Shown one piece after another: positions 34,857-44,699 of a DNA stretch of 64,000 nt. Under the pieces are notes generated by a model. That model worked only from the letters and a program-made list of their open reading frames with translations, did not search any database and was not told the origin of the DNA. Both the position numbers and the translations under genes were made by a program. The stretch is from Acidimicrobiia bacterium (GTDB taxonomy: Bacteria > Actinomycetota > Acidimicrobiia > IMCC26256 > PALSA-610), in NCBI GenBank assembly GCA_038323195.1, contig JBBQGQ010000017.1, forward strand, positions 5 through 64,004. Direction: 5' to 3'. Numbering within the stretch: the first letter of the stretch is position 1; every line of letters starts with the position of its first letter.

Positions 34857-35639
34857 ATGGCATCAGAGACATTGTCATCAGACATATCGTCGGGCCCGCG
34901 CGGACGGGTGCGAGTCGAGCCGGGCGCCAAGCGCGTACGTGTGTACGTGGGCGGCGTCACGATCGCCGACACTGTCCGGCCGCTGTTCGTGTGGGAGTCG
35001 CCCTTCTATCCCCAGTACTACCTCCCCGCCGCCGACGTGCGCAGCGATCTGCTCCACCAGACGTCGACGCTGACACACTCACCGAGCCGCGGTGACGCCG
35101 TGCACTTCACAGTGCGCGTCGACGGTGACGAGCGTCGCGATGTCGCGTGGCAATACCGCGATTCGCCGATCGAGGAGCTACGCGACCACATTCGCTTCGA
35201 TTGGGACGCGATGGACGCATGGTTCGAAGAGGATGAAGAGGTGTACACGCACCCGAGGAGTCCGTACACGCGCGTCGACATCCTCCCGACGTCCCGGCAG
35301 GTGCGCGTCGAGGTGAACAGTGTCGTGCTCGCCGACTCGTCGCACGCGCGCGTCCTGTTCGAGACCGGTCTGCCGGCGCGTTGGTACGTCCCGAAGGTCG
35401 ACGTTCGCATGGACCTCCTCGTCGCGACCGACAAGGTGACGCACTGCCCCTACAAGGGCCGAGCCGAGTACTGGTCGGCGCGCGTCGGCGACGCGCTCGA
35501 GGAGAACATCGTGTGGTCGTACCGTACGCCCCTGCCGGAGAGCGAGCGCGTCGCCGGGTACGTCGCGTTCTTCAACGAGCGGGTCGATCTCTTCGTGGAC
35601 GGCGAGCGCGAGGAACGACCGAAGACCCCATTCAGCTGA
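34857..35639 (+). CDS. Tandem DUF427 domain protein
   Basis: Two DUF427-like halves. The second carries HCPYKGRAEYW. The first has HSPSRGDAVHF at the equivalent place. Confidence 0.75.
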   Translation: MASETLSSDISSGPRGRVRVEPGAKRVRVYVGGVTIADTVRPLFVWESPFYPQYYLPAADVRSDLLHQTSTLTHSPSRGDAVHFTVRVDGDERRDVAWQYRDSPIEELRDHIRFDWDAMDAWFEEDEEVYTHPRSPYTRVDILPTSRQVRVEVNSVVLADSSHARVLFETGLPARWYVPKVDVRMDLLVATDKVTHCPYKGRAEYWSARVGDALEENIVWSYRTPLPESERVAGYVAFFNERVDLFVDGEREERPKTPFS

Positions 35640-35649
35640 GGGAGCCACG

Positions 35650-36471
35650 ATGAGGTTTGGATTGGACATCGCCCAGCAACGGATGCCCTGGAGCGAGGTC
35701 GCGGCGCGTGCACGATTTGCCGACGAGCTGGGTTTCGACGGCATCTGGGGCTTCGATCACTTCCAGCCGATGTACGGCGAGGGGCCGGGTGAGTGCTTCG
35801 AAGGAAGCACGACGCTCGCGGCATGGAGCGGGATCACCGAACGCGTCCGTCTCGGGTTGCTCATCACGGGCATGACCTACCGGCATCCCGCGGTGTATGC
35901 GGCCGAGGCGATCACGATCGACCACGCTTCCGGCGGGCGGCTCGAGCTCGCCTACGGCGCGGCGTGGTTCGACAAGGAGCACAGCGAGCTCGGCATCCCG
36001 TTTCCCGCGCTCAAGGAACGTATCAACGCGTTCGAGGAGGCGGTGCAGATCGTCCGGGGTCTGCTCACGACCGACGGGTTCACGTTCGAGGGCGAGCACT
36101 TCCAGGTGCGCGACGCCACGTTGCGACCGCGCCCGGTGCAACAGCCCCACCCGCCGATCTGGATCGGCGCCTCGGGCGAGAAGCGCATGATGCCGATCGC
36201 GGCGCGCTACGCCGACGTGTGGCACACGTGGGGCACGCCCGAGTCGATGACCCCGAAGTCGCAGCGGCTGAGCGCGCACGCCGAGGCCGCGGGCCGAGAC
36301 CCGGCGGAGATCACGCGGGCGTCGTCGTTGTCGCTCGAAGACGATCTCGACACGATCGCGACCAACATCGACGCGTGGGAGAAGGCCGGCATCAAGTACC
36401 TCGTGTGCGGCTGGCCGCCGGGCGGCCGCGAGCCGGTCGAGGCGTTCTCGAAACGATTCCTGTCGACCTGA
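35650..36471 (+). CDS. LLM-class (luciferase-like) F420/flavin-dependent oxidoreductase
   Basis: MRFGLDI..., GFDGIWGFDHF, RLELAYGAAWF and PPIWIGASGEKRM. Confidence 0.85.
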   Translation: MRFGLDIAQQRMPWSEVAARARFADELGFDGIWGFDHFQPMYGEGPGECFEGSTTLAAWSGITERVRLGLLITGMTYRHPAVYAAEAITIDHASGGRLELAYGAAWFDKEHSELGIPFPALKERINAFEEAVQIVRGLLTTDGFTFEGEHFQVRDATLRPRPVQQPHPPIWIGASGEKRMMPIAARYADVWHTWGTPESMTPKSQRLSAHAEAAGRDPAEITRASSLSLEDDLDTIATNIDAWEKAGIKYLVCGWPPGGREPVEAFSKRFLST

Positions 36472-36480
36472 AACGAAACC

Positions 36481-37704
36481 TCAGGTGCGGTCGAGCTCGA
36501 GCATCTTGATCGCGTTGCCGCGCAGGACTTTGTAGGCGACCTTGTCGTCGAAGTCGGCGAGCATCTTCTCCGCATACTCCTTCGACGTCGGCCACGTCGT
36601 GTCGGTGTGCGGGTAGTCGGTCTCGAAGCAGATGTTGTCCTCGCCGACCTCGGCGAGCGAGTGCAGACCGTGGTAGTCGGCGGTGAAGCAGCCGAAGATG
36701 CGGCCGTAGTAGTACGTCGACGGCGGCTCGGGGATGCGCTCCTTCGAATGCTGCCAACTGTCGTGCTGCTCCCAGACCGTGTCGGCCCGCTCGAGGGCGT
36801 AGGGGATCCAGCCGATCTGCCCCTCGGAGTACGCGAGCTTCAGCTTCGGGTACTCGATGAGCTTCGCCGAGAAGAGCCAGTCGGCGAGTGAGGCCATGGA
36901 GTTGTTGAACGCGAGCGTGCCGCCGACCCCGCCGGGCGCGTCGGGCGAAGCGGCCGGATTCGTCGACGACGACCCGATGTGCATGCACAACGTCACGCCG
37001 GTGTCGTTGCACGCCTCGAAGACCGGGTCCCACGATCCACTGTGGATCGTCGGCAGTTTCAGGTGGTGGGGAAGCTCGCTGAAGCAGAACGCGCGCACGC
37101 CGCGCGCCGCGTTGCGGTGGATCTCGGCGGCCGCGAGGTGCACGTCCCAGAGCGGCATGATGCAAAGGGGGATGTTCATCCCGTTCGACGGGCCGCACCA
37201 CTCCTCGACCATCCAGTCGTTGTACGCCTTCACGCACGCGAGCCCGAGATCGTGGTCGTCGGCCTCGAGAAAGGTCTGTCCGCAAAAGCGCGGGAATGTC
37301 GGGAAGGGGAGGGAACCGTCGACCCAGTTCCGCTCGAAGTCCTTGATCCGCTCGTCACGCTCGTAACAACCGGGGCGCATCTCGTCGTAGGTGAGGGCTT
37401 CCATCACCATCTTCGTGCGGTCGAACTTCGAGAGGTCGCCGCCGGGGGTCGCCTCGAGCGGGATCGCGACGAACCGCTTGTGCACGTAGATGAGCCGGTC
37501 CTCGAAGTACCACGCGTCGCCCCACAAGCCGTCGGGGTCTTCGGTGTTGACGTACTTCGCGCCCGGCTTGTGCGAGAACGCGCCCCAACGCTTGCGTTCG
37601 ATGCGGGGACCCTTCTCGCGGTACTTCTGCGGCAACCAGGTCTGCCACACGTGCGCGGGCTCGACGACGTGGTCGTCGACGCTGATGATCTTCGGCAGCT
37701 CCAT
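36481..37704 (-). CDS. Amidohydrolase-2 family protein (ACMSD-like decarboxylase/hydrolase)
   Basis: MELPKIISVDDHVVEP, CMHIGSSS and CFETDYPHTDTTWP. The start was moved to ATG 37704 with a GGGAG SD. Confidence 0.8.
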   Translation of the reverse strand: MELPKIISVDDHVVEPAHVWQTWLPQKYREKGPRIERKRWGAFSHKPGAKYVNTEDPDGLWGDAWYFEDRLIYVHKRFVAIPLEATPGGDLSKFDRTKMVMEALTYDEMRPGCYERDERIKDFERNWVDGSLPFPTFPRFCGQTFLEADDHDLGLACVKAYNDWMVEEWCGPSNGMNIPLCIMPLWDVHLAAAEIHRNAARGVRAFCFSELPHHLKLPTIHSGSWDPVFEACNDTGVTLCMHIGSSSTNPAASPDAPGGVGGTLAFNNSMASLADWLFSAKLIEYPKLKLAYSEGQIGWIPYALERADTVWEQHDSWQHSKERIPEPPSTYYYGRIFGCFTADYHGLHSLAEVGEDNICFETDYPHTDTTWPTSKEYAEKMLADFDDKVAYKVLRGNAIKMLELDRT

Positions 37705-37740
37705 CGAAGCGCTCCCTCGGTCGGCCTCGGCGGTGTGTTC

Positions 37741-37758
37741 CCTGACGTTAGCGTCAGG
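37741..37758. promoter_or_regulatory. Inverted repeat CCTGACG-ttag-CGTCAGG in a divergent intergenic region
   Basis: Direct reading. It lies 37-54 nt upstream of ATG 37704 (minus) and 87-104 nt upstream of GTG 37845 (plus). Confidence 0.3.
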
Positions 37759-37830
37759 TCGCCGAAACACCCAGGCCAGGTCGTCGGGTCCGGTGTCCGC
37801 GAGCCGGCGTCCGGGGCTACGGAGCGCGCG

Positions 37831-37836
37831 TAGGCT
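37831..37836 (+). promoter_or_regulatory. -10-like TAGGCT box 8 nt upstream of GTG 37845 (candidate leaderless promoter)
   Basis: Reads TAGGCT-ggccggtc-GTG with no SD. Confidence 0.3.
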
Positions 37837-37844
37837 GGCCGGTC

Positions 37845-38993
37845 GTGGATCTCGACCTCCCCACCGATCGCATCGGCGTGCTGCCCTGTCAGTACCTCGA
37901 GCGCGCGATCGCGGCGCGTGTGGTCGATGCCGGCCGCTTCACGATTCCGGAGGAGAACGTGCAGCCGGCGAGCCTCGATCTGCGCCTCGGCGAGGTCGCA
38001 TACCGGATCCGCTGCAGCTTCTTGCCCGGTCGCCAGTCCGTCGAACGGCGGGTGAAGGACTACGTCATCGACGAGCTCGACCTGCGCAAGGACGGCGTCG
38101 TGCTCGAGACCAAGCGGCCGTACCTCATTCCGCTGAAGGAGCGGCTCTCGTTGCCGCCGACGGTTCGCGGGAAGGCCAACCCGAAAAGCTCGACCGGCCG
38201 GATCGACGTGTTCACCCGGGTCATCACCGACGAGAGCTACCGCTTCGACGAGATCGCGGCCGGTTATGACGGGCCGCTCTACCTCGAGGTGGTCCCGCTC
38301 TCGTTCCCGGTACGCGTCCGCGAGGACCTCTCGCTGAACCAGTTGCGCCTGTCGGTCGGTTCGGCAGTGCTCGGTGACGACGAAGTCCGCGCGTTCCACG
38401 AGGGGCAGCCGGTCCTGTTCGACCACGGTACGCCGGTGGCGAATGCCAAGCTCGCGTTCGGAGGCGGGCTGTTCCTCGGACTCGACCTCCACGGCGATGC
38501 CCGGGGGTACGTGGGGCACCGCGCGCGCGACAACGCCCCCCTGCTCGACATCGCGAAGAGCGCGATCGCACCTGTCGACCCCGAAGCCTTCTGGGAGTCC
38601 GTGAGACGCGAGGAAGGCGACCGCGTCGTGCTTACTCCGCAACGGTTCTATCTACTGATGAGCAACGAAGCGGTATGCATCCCGCCGACGTTGGCATCGG
38701 AGATGACGGCCTACGACCCGACGAGCGGTGAGCTGCGCACGCACTACGCGGGATTCTTCGATCCCGGATTCGGTTTCGATCCGGGCGGGCACTCGGTCGG
38801 ATCGCGCGCGGCACTCGAGGTGCGCGCGCACGACGTTCCGTTCATGATCGAGCACGGTCAGCGGGTGTGCAAACTCACGTTCGAGCACATGCTCGAGGCT
38901 CCCGCCCGGCTCTACGGACAAGGCATCGGATCGAGCTATCAGGGTCAGAACGAGACGCTGAGCAAGCACTTCGCGCGCCCGACCGGCGAGTAG
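37845..38993 (+). CDS. Long-form 2'-deoxycytidine 5'-triphosphate deaminase family protein (PF06559-like)
   Basis: NVQPASLDLRLGEVAYRIRCSFLPG and KANPKSSTGRIDVFTRVITD, in a protein of about 380 aa. Confidence 0.75.
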   Translation: MDLDLPTDRIGVLPCQYLERAIAARVVDAGRFTIPEENVQPASLDLRLGEVAYRIRCSFLPGRQSVERRVKDYVIDELDLRKDGVVLETKRPYLIPLKERLSLPPTVRGKANPKSSTGRIDVFTRVITDESYRFDEIAAGYDGPLYLEVVPLSFPVRVREDLSLNQLRLSVGSAVLGDDEVRAFHEGQPVLFDHGTPVANAKLAFGGGLFLGLDLHGDARGYVGHRARDNAPLLDIAKSAIAPVDPEAFWESVRREEGDRVVLTPQRFYLLMSNEAVCIPPTLASEMTAYDPTSGELRTHYAGFFDPGFGFDPGGHSVGSRAALEVRAHDVPFMIEHGQRVCKLTFEHMLEAPARLYGQGIGSSYQGQNETLSKHFARPTGE

Positions 38994-39016
38994 AGAAGCG
39001 CTGCACCTCGGCCGCG

Positions 39017-39919
39017 CTAGGACGGCGCGGTCTCCGCGAGTGCGTCGAGCACCTCGCCGACGTGTTCGACGATCGCGAGATGTCCTTCGCCAACCCATCG
39101 CGAAAGTCGCGCCCCCGGAATGCGCCGGACGAGCTCGTCGCTGTGACGCAGCGGGACGATCGGATCGGTCGTCGCGTGCCAGCAGTGAATCGGGATCGAG
39201 ATCTCCTCGACGGGGAAACCCCAGGGCCGACCGAGCGCGGCGTAGTCGTCGACCACGCCGGCGGCGCTGCGGCGGACCGACTGCGTGAAAACCGCGAGCG
39301 CGGCGCGCGCCGACGGGAACTCGGCCATGACCGTGCGGTCGGCCGCCGACATCTCGATCTGTGCGAATCGCAGCGAAGTGTGCGGTGCGAAACGGGCGGC
39401 GTGTGCCCCCACCCACAGCACGACGCGCGTCAGTGCGGGCGCGCGATTCGCGAGCTGGGTCAGCCGCCGGTCGGCCGCCTCGAAATCGTCGACCGATGCC
39501 CACACACCCACTTGCCCGGCACCCGAGACGACGGCCGCGGTCCGGACGCGGCCGGGAAGTGCATGCGCGGTTGCGAGCGCGTACGGGCCGCCGCCCGAGT
39601 AGCCCAGGACCGAGAAGGTCGAGATGCCGAGCGCGTCGGCGAAGGCGCCGAGCCGCGCGGGGTAGTCGGAAACGGTGACGCCCCGGCCGGGTGACCAGGC
39701 GTCGGAGTCGCCGACGCCGGGTCGGTCGGGCGCGAGCAGCCGGATCCCGCGCGTGCGGGCGCGTTCGTCGGCCCATGCGAAGCCGGCGCCGCACGCGGGG
39801 GTTCCGTGCAGCGCGACCACGGGCATCCCGCTCGGATCGCCGTATTCGTAGTAGCCCGTGACGCGACCGTCGGCGCTCTCGACCCGGCGGGGCTCCGGCG
39901 TCTCGATGAGCTCCAGCAT
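39017..39919 (-). CDS. Alpha/beta hydrolase
   Basis: VVALHGTPACG and nucleophile elbow LGYSGGG. The start was moved to ATG 39919. Confidence 0.8.
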   Translation of the reverse strand: MLELIETPEPRRVESADGRVTGYYEYGDPSGMPVVALHGTPACGAGFAWADERARTRGIRLLAPDRPGVGDSDAWSPGRGVTVSDYPARLGAFADALGISTFSVLGYSGGGPYALATAHALPGRVRTAAVVSGAGQVGVWASVDDFEAADRRLTQLANRAPALTRVVLWVGAHAARFAPHTSLRFAQIEMSAADRTVMAEFPSARAALAVFTQSVRRSAAGVVDDYAALGRPWGFPVEEISIPIHCWHATTDPIVPLRHSDELVRRIPGARLSRWVGEGHLAIVEHVGEVLDALAETAPS

Positions 39920-40004
39920 CCGCGTCGCATCATGCCCGGACCCGCACACGGAGTGCGAATACGGCCGACGCGGTCACGGGAATCGTGAGAGCGCGGTATC
40001 CGAC

Positions 40005-40646
40005 TCAGGGAGCGGGGCGGAGCTGGGTCGCGAAGAACTCGAGGAGTCGGCGCCACGCGTCGGCGGCTGCCGCCTCGTCGTAGCTCTCGGACCCGTCTCG
40101 CATGAAGCCGTGACCCGCATCCTCGTACACGACCACCTGACCGGGGTGATGATCCTCCACGCGCGCGATGTCGTCGCGCGGGACCCATTCGTCGTGGCCG
40201 CCGAAGAAGCAGAGCAGCGGGCAGTAGGGCTCGCCGAGATGTTGCGCGATCCCTCCGCCGTAGAAGGGCGCGGCCGCGTCGACGTCGACTCCGGTCACAG
40301 CCGACATGTACGCGTACCCGCCGCCCATGCAGAAGCCGGTGATGCCGACGGTCGCGGCGCCGAGTCCGCGCAGCCGATTGACGACCTCGACGATGTCGGC
40401 GCGTCCGTCGGAGTGCCGCAGATCGCCGTAGGGGTTGCCACCGGCTTCGGGGTTGCTGCCGCCGAAGCGCCAGAACAGGTCGGGTGCGGCTACCGCATAC
40501 CCCTCGGCCGCGAGACGTTCGCAGACGCGCAGCAGCTGCGGCGTCACACCCATGCCTTCCATCACGACGACGACACCGGGCCACGGTGGCGGCGCGGCGG
40601 GCAGCGAGCAGAAGTACGGAACGGCGATCGCGGTCACCCCGGACAC
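40005..40646 (-). CDS. Dienelactone hydrolase family protein
   Basis: PGVVVVMEGMG, Cys nucleophile elbow ITGFCMGGGYA, and YEDAGHGF. Confidence 0.85.
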   Translation of the reverse strand: MSGVTAIAVPYFCSLPAAPPPWPGVVVVMEGMGVTPQLLRVCERLAAEGYAVAAPDLFWRFGGSNPEAGGNPYGDLRHSDGRADIVEVVNRLRGLGAATVGITGFCMGGGYAYMSAVTGVDVDAAAPFYGGGIAQHLGEPYCPLLCFFGGHDEWVPRDDIARVEDHHPGQVVVYEDAGHGFMRDGSESYDEAAAADAWRRLLEFFATQLRPAP

Positions 40647-40647
40647 G

Positions 40648-41640
40648 CTAACGCGGGGCGTCCCCCCGCCGGTACGCGGCGGTGACCTCGTTCAACCGGT
40701 CGACGAGGTCTTCGTCGAGCTTCGTATCCACGGCCGCGATCGTCGCGTCGAGCTGTTCCGGACGACTCGCGCCCACGATCGGCGCGGTGATCGCCGGGTG
40801 CCGGAGTGTCCACGCGACTGCGAGTGTGGGCAGCGGGATCCCCGCGTCGCCGGCGATCTTCACGAGCTCGTCGACCGTGTCGAACACGTTTTCGTGCCAG
40901 TACCGGTCTTGGTACGTCTGGGCCGCGTTGCCGAGTGCGAAGCGGGTCCCTTCGTCGGGCGGTTTGGTTCGATCGTGCTTGCCCGAGAGCATGCCGCCCG
41001 CGATCGGGTTGTACGGGATCACCCCGATGCCCTCGTCGAGGCAGAGCGGGAACAGCTCGCGCTCGAACTCGCGGAACAACAGGTTGTAGCGCGGTTGCAC
41101 CGAGGCAAAGCGCGTCCAACCGTGCACCTCGCTCCGGCCGAGGGCGCGGGCCAGACGGTAGGCGAGGAAGTTCGAGCAGCCGATGTAGCGGACCTTGCCG
41201 ACGCGCACAAGGTCGTCGAGCGCACCGATGGTCTCGTCGAGCGGCACACCCGGGTCGTCGAAATGCAGCTGGTAGAGGTCGACGAAGTCGGTCTGCAGTC
41301 GGCGCAGCGACGCGTCGATCGCGTCCATGATGTGCCGGCGGCTGTTCCCCATGTCCCAGCGATTGCGTCCGGTCGGCCCGAAGCACTTCGTCGCGACGAC
41401 ATAGTCGGCACGCTTGCCCTGCAACCACCGGCCCACGATCTCCTCGGTGCGCCCGACGGTCGAGAGATCGCCGCCGAGCGGGTACACGTCGGCGGTGTCG
41501 AGGAACGTGACACCGAGGTCGGCGGCCTTGTCGAGCACGGCGCGGGCCGGAGCTTCGTCGATCTGCAGCCCGAAGGTCATCGTGCCGAGGCAGATTCTGG
41601 ACACTTGGAGGCCGGTTCGGCCGAGGCGAACGTGTTGCAT
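40648..41640 (-). CDS. Aldo/keto reductase
   Basis: MQHVRLGRTGLQVSRICLGTMTFG, DTADVY and IGCSNF. Confidence 0.9.
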   Translation of the reverse strand: MQHVRLGRTGLQVSRICLGTMTFGLQIDEAPARAVLDKAADLGVTFLDTADVYPLGGDLSTVGRTEEIVGRWLQGKRADYVVATKCFGPTGRNRWDMGNSRRHIMDAIDASLRRLQTDFVDLYQLHFDDPGVPLDETIGALDDLVRVGKVRYIGCSNFLAYRLARALGRSEVHGWTRFASVQPRYNLLFREFERELFPLCLDEGIGVIPYNPIAGGMLSGKHDRTKPPDEGTRFALGNAAQTYQDRYWHENVFDTVDELVKIAGDAGIPLPTLAVAWTLRHPAITAPIVGASRPEQLDATIAAVDTKLDEDLVDRLNEVTAAYRRGDAPR

Positions 41641-41641
41641 G

Positions 41642-42523
41642 TCAGAGATGTAGCACCGCGAGGCTCACGACGCACACCGCCGTGGTGGCGAGGAGCACCA
41701 GCCCGTCCGCGATGCGGAAGGGCCCGCCCGGCAGGTCGCCGGCGGCACCGAGTCCACCCCGGGCCTCGATGGCATCGGCGAGATCGCGCGCGCGCCGAAT
41801 CGACACGACGATCGCGGTCGCCATCAGATCGTGGATCTCGACGAAGGCGCTGCGCACGATCGCCCGCGGGCTCTCTCCGGTCGTGTCGTCGTCGCGTGTC
41901 CGCAGGCGCCGGACCGCGTTGAGGACACGGATCTCGTCGATGAGCAGAGGAAGGCAGCGGATCGCCAGCGCGACCGCGATGACCCACTCGTCGACCGGAA
42001 GCCGCAACCAGCGCAGCGGGCGGCCGAGGCGGGCGAGCGCGGGTGCGACGTCGCCGAGCGGCGTCGTCCAGCCGATGAGCGCGCCCGAGGTGAGGAGCAC
42101 GACGGCGAGCGCGGAGAAGCGCGCCCATTCCTCGAGCCCGCCGAGGCTGACGCTGATGCCGCCGACGTCGGCGAGGGGCTTCGTCGTCGACCACAGGCTG
42201 AGGAGCCCGCTGATCGCGAAGACGACGAAGAACCAGGTCGGCAAGCGAGGGAACGCACCGAGGGGAAGGCGGGCGACGAGCAGCTCGAGCGCGACGACGC
42301 CCGCGGCGACGCCGATCATCGCCCACGTCGGCGAGATCGACACCATCAGCGCGACCTCTGCCGCGATCAGCAGCTTCGTTCCCGCCCAGAGCCGGTGCAT
42401 CGCGGAATCGCCGGGTACGAGCCGCAGGAAGGTCAACTCCGTCTCGCGTCGTGCCGGGCGCGAGCCGCGCGACCCGCGCGACCGGCCCGACCGCTCCCGT
42501 GTCAGCGCAACGCCCCGGTTCAC
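41642..42523 (-). CDS. Energy-coupling-factor transporter transmembrane component (EcfT/CbiQ-like)
   Basis: PGDSAMHRLWAGTKLL and a multi-TM topology. GTGA overlap with the upstream ATPase gene. Confidence 0.75.
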   Translation of the reverse strand: MNRGVALTRERSGRSRGSRGSRPARRETELTFLRLVPGDSAMHRLWAGTKLLIAAEVALMVSISPTWAMIGVAAGVVALELLVARLPLGAFPRLPTWFFVVFAISGLLSLWSTTKPLADVGGISVSLGGLEEWARFSALAVVLLTSGALIGWTTPLGDVAPALARLGRPLRWLRLPVDEWVIAVALAIRCLPLLIDEIRVLNAVRRLRTRDDDTTGESPRAIVRSAFVEIHDLMATAIVVSIRRARDLADAIEARGGLGAAGDLPGGPFRIADGLVLLATTAVCVVSLAVLHL

Positions 42524-44589
42524 GGTTGCGCCTCGGGGACGGGGTCTTCGAGCGGTCCGTCGCCGATGACGTGGCCGGCTTCGAGCTCGACGAGCCGGTC
42601 GACGAGTCCGGCCGGCAGGTCGCGGTCGTGGGTGACGATGACGAGCGCGAGGTCACGCCGGTGCCGCAGGTCGGTGAGCAAGGTGTCGAGCTCGGCGCGA
42701 CCACTCGCGTCGAGTCCGGCGAAGGGCTCGTCGAGGACGATCGCTCGCGGCTGCGCAGCGAGGACGCCGGCCAACACGACCCGGCGCATCTGGCCGCCGC
42801 TCAGCTCGTCGACGCGTCGACTTGCGAACCCGTACGGGTCGAGACCGACCGCACGCAACGCGTCGCGCGCCGCGCCCTCATCGACGCCGCCGGCGGCGCG
42901 GACATCGTCCAGAACCGTCGGTCGGAGCAGTTGCACGCGCGCGTGCTGGAACGACAGGCCGACCCGCCCGACCTGGTCGACGATCCGTCGGCCGTCGAGC
43001 TGAGCGATCCCTTCGCTCGGCGCGAGAAGCCCGGCGAGGATCCACGCCAGCGTCGACTTACCGGAGCCGTTGTGCCCGACGACGACGACGGCCTCACCCA
43101 CGCAGATCGTCAGGTCGACCCCCGACAGGGCGCGGTTCGCCCAGGGCGTCTGGCGCGAATAGACGTGCCCGACGCGTTCGAGGGTGATGAGCGGCGCGCC
43201 GACCCGAACCCGCGGCCGGCGTGCCGTCTCCCGGGTGGCGTCATCGGTGCGTAGACGCGCCGGCGCGTCGACGATTCGCCCGCTCGCGAGCGTGATCGTC
43301 CGGTCGGCGGCCGCGGCCTCCGCCGCCCGGTGGGTGACGTGGACGACGCCGAGGCCGTCTTGGTGCGCGAGCTCGTTCATGAGCGCGACGAGTTGTGCCC
43401 GACCAGTTGTGTCGACCATGGCCGTCGACTCGTCCGAGATCAACAGCTCCGGTCGGCGGGCGAGCGCAGCGGCGATCGCGAGCCGTTGGAGCTCGCCGCC
43501 CGACAACGTCGACGTCTCCCGGTCGGCGAGCGCCCGCAGCCCGACGCGATCGAGCAAGCCGTCGACGTCGACCCGCGCCGGGTCGGACAGGCCCCAAACG
43601 ACGTCGTCTCGCACGCGGACGCCGAGCACCTGTGCCTCCGGACGCTGGAACACGATGGCCGTTCCGTCGAAGCGCCCGAGTGCCGCGGGCCCGGGTCGCT
43701 CGATCTCGCCGCCCGTCGGCGCGAGCCGGCCGGCAAGCAATCGGGCGAGGGTCGACTTCCCGGAGCCGTTCGCACCGACGATCGTGACGAGCTCCGACGC
43801 CCGGAGCTCGAGACTGACGTCGACGAGCGCGTCGCTGTACGCGTTCGGGTATCGATAGCGCACACCCCGCAGCGCAACCGGTAAGGGTTCGGGCGCGCGT
43901 GCGTGCTCGCGATCGGAATCGGGGAGCTCCTCTTCAACGATCGCGTTCCCGAACGCGCCTCGAACGCGGCGCAACGCGGGCGTCGAGAGACCGTGTGCCA
44001 GCCAGATGGCGAACCAGAGCAGAAGGAAGAGCGTGAGCGGAACGCTCAACCACCAGTCGCGCACCACCCAGGCCAAGAGGTCCTCACCCGGGCGAGTGAG
44101 CCGCACCAGCCCGAGATTGCGCAGCAGGTGGAGCAGGCCGCTCCACCCGTTGCGGACCTGGTCGAGTGCGAGCTTGCGCAGGTTCGCAAATACGAGCAAC
44201 GCGGCATCGGTGAGCACGGCGGCGATCGGCCACAGCACCGCGAGCCCGACGACGATGGTGCGGCGGCGGCTCCAGTCGCGCCGGTCGGCCGCGCCGACGA
44301 GCGCGCCGAGCGCGGCGCTCGCGCCCATCGCGGTGAACGCCGCGGTCCCGATCACCAAGAACCCGACCGCCGATGCTGCGATCGCGCCGGTGATCACCGC
44401 GCGGAGCCGGTGCCGCGCCGCGACGACGGCCAGAGGGACCACGGCGGCGGCGATGAGCGCACCCCCGAACGGCACCACCTGACCGACGACCGTGAGCGCG
44501 AGCGACACGTCGGCCAGAACCACGGCCTCGGCGAGCTCGCCCGGGGTCAGTCGCCCATGGCGGACGCGCGTCGATCGCGGCTGTCGCAT
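42520..44589 (-). CDS. Triple fusion: N-terminal membrane domain (about 230 aa) plus two ECF/ABC ATPase domains
   Basis: TM-rich N-terminus. Walker A GANGSGKST and GHNGSGKST. Two LSGG signatures (LSGGELQRLAIA, LSGGQMRRVVLA). Two Walker B motifs. Confidence 0.85.
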   Translation of the reverse strand: MRQPRSTRVRHGRLTPGELAEAVVLADVSLALTVVGQVVPFGGALIAAAVVPLAVVAARHRLRAVITGAIAASAVGFLVIGTAAFTAMGASAALGALVGAADRRDWSRRRTIVVGLAVLWPIAAVLTDAALLVFANLRKLALDQVRNGWSGLLHLLRNLGLVRLTRPGEDLLAWVVRDWWLSVPLTLFLLLWFAIWLAHGLSTPALRRVRGAFGNAIVEEELPDSDREHARAPEPLPVALRGVRYRYPNAYSDALVDVSLELRASELVTIVGANGSGKSTLARLLAGRLAPTGGEIERPGPAALGRFDGTAIVFQRPEAQVLGVRVRDDVVWGLSDPARVDVDGLLDRVGLRALADRETSTLSGGELQRLAIAAALARRPELLISDESTAMVDTTGRAQLVALMNELAHQDGLGVVHVTHRAAEAAAADRTITLASGRIVDAPARLRTDDATRETARRPRVRVGAPLITLERVGHVYSRQTPWANRALSGVDLTICVGEAVVVVGHNGSGKSTLAWILAGLLAPSEGIAQLDGRRIVDQVGRVGLSFQHARVQLLRPTVLDDVRAAGGVDEGAARDALRAVGLDPYGFASRRVDELSGGQMRRVVLAGVLAAQPRAIVLDEPFAGLDASGRAELDTLLTDLRHRRDLALVIVTHDRDLPAGLVDRLVELEAGHVIGDGPLEDPVPEAQP

Positions 44590-44699
44590 CCCGACAGGTT
44601 CGCGTACGCGCGCTGCTCGTCTCGTCGCGCCGCTCCCGGCCTGCGCAATTGGCCCGATACGCGCACCATCCGATCGGAGTCCCGGCGGACGGCGAAAGA

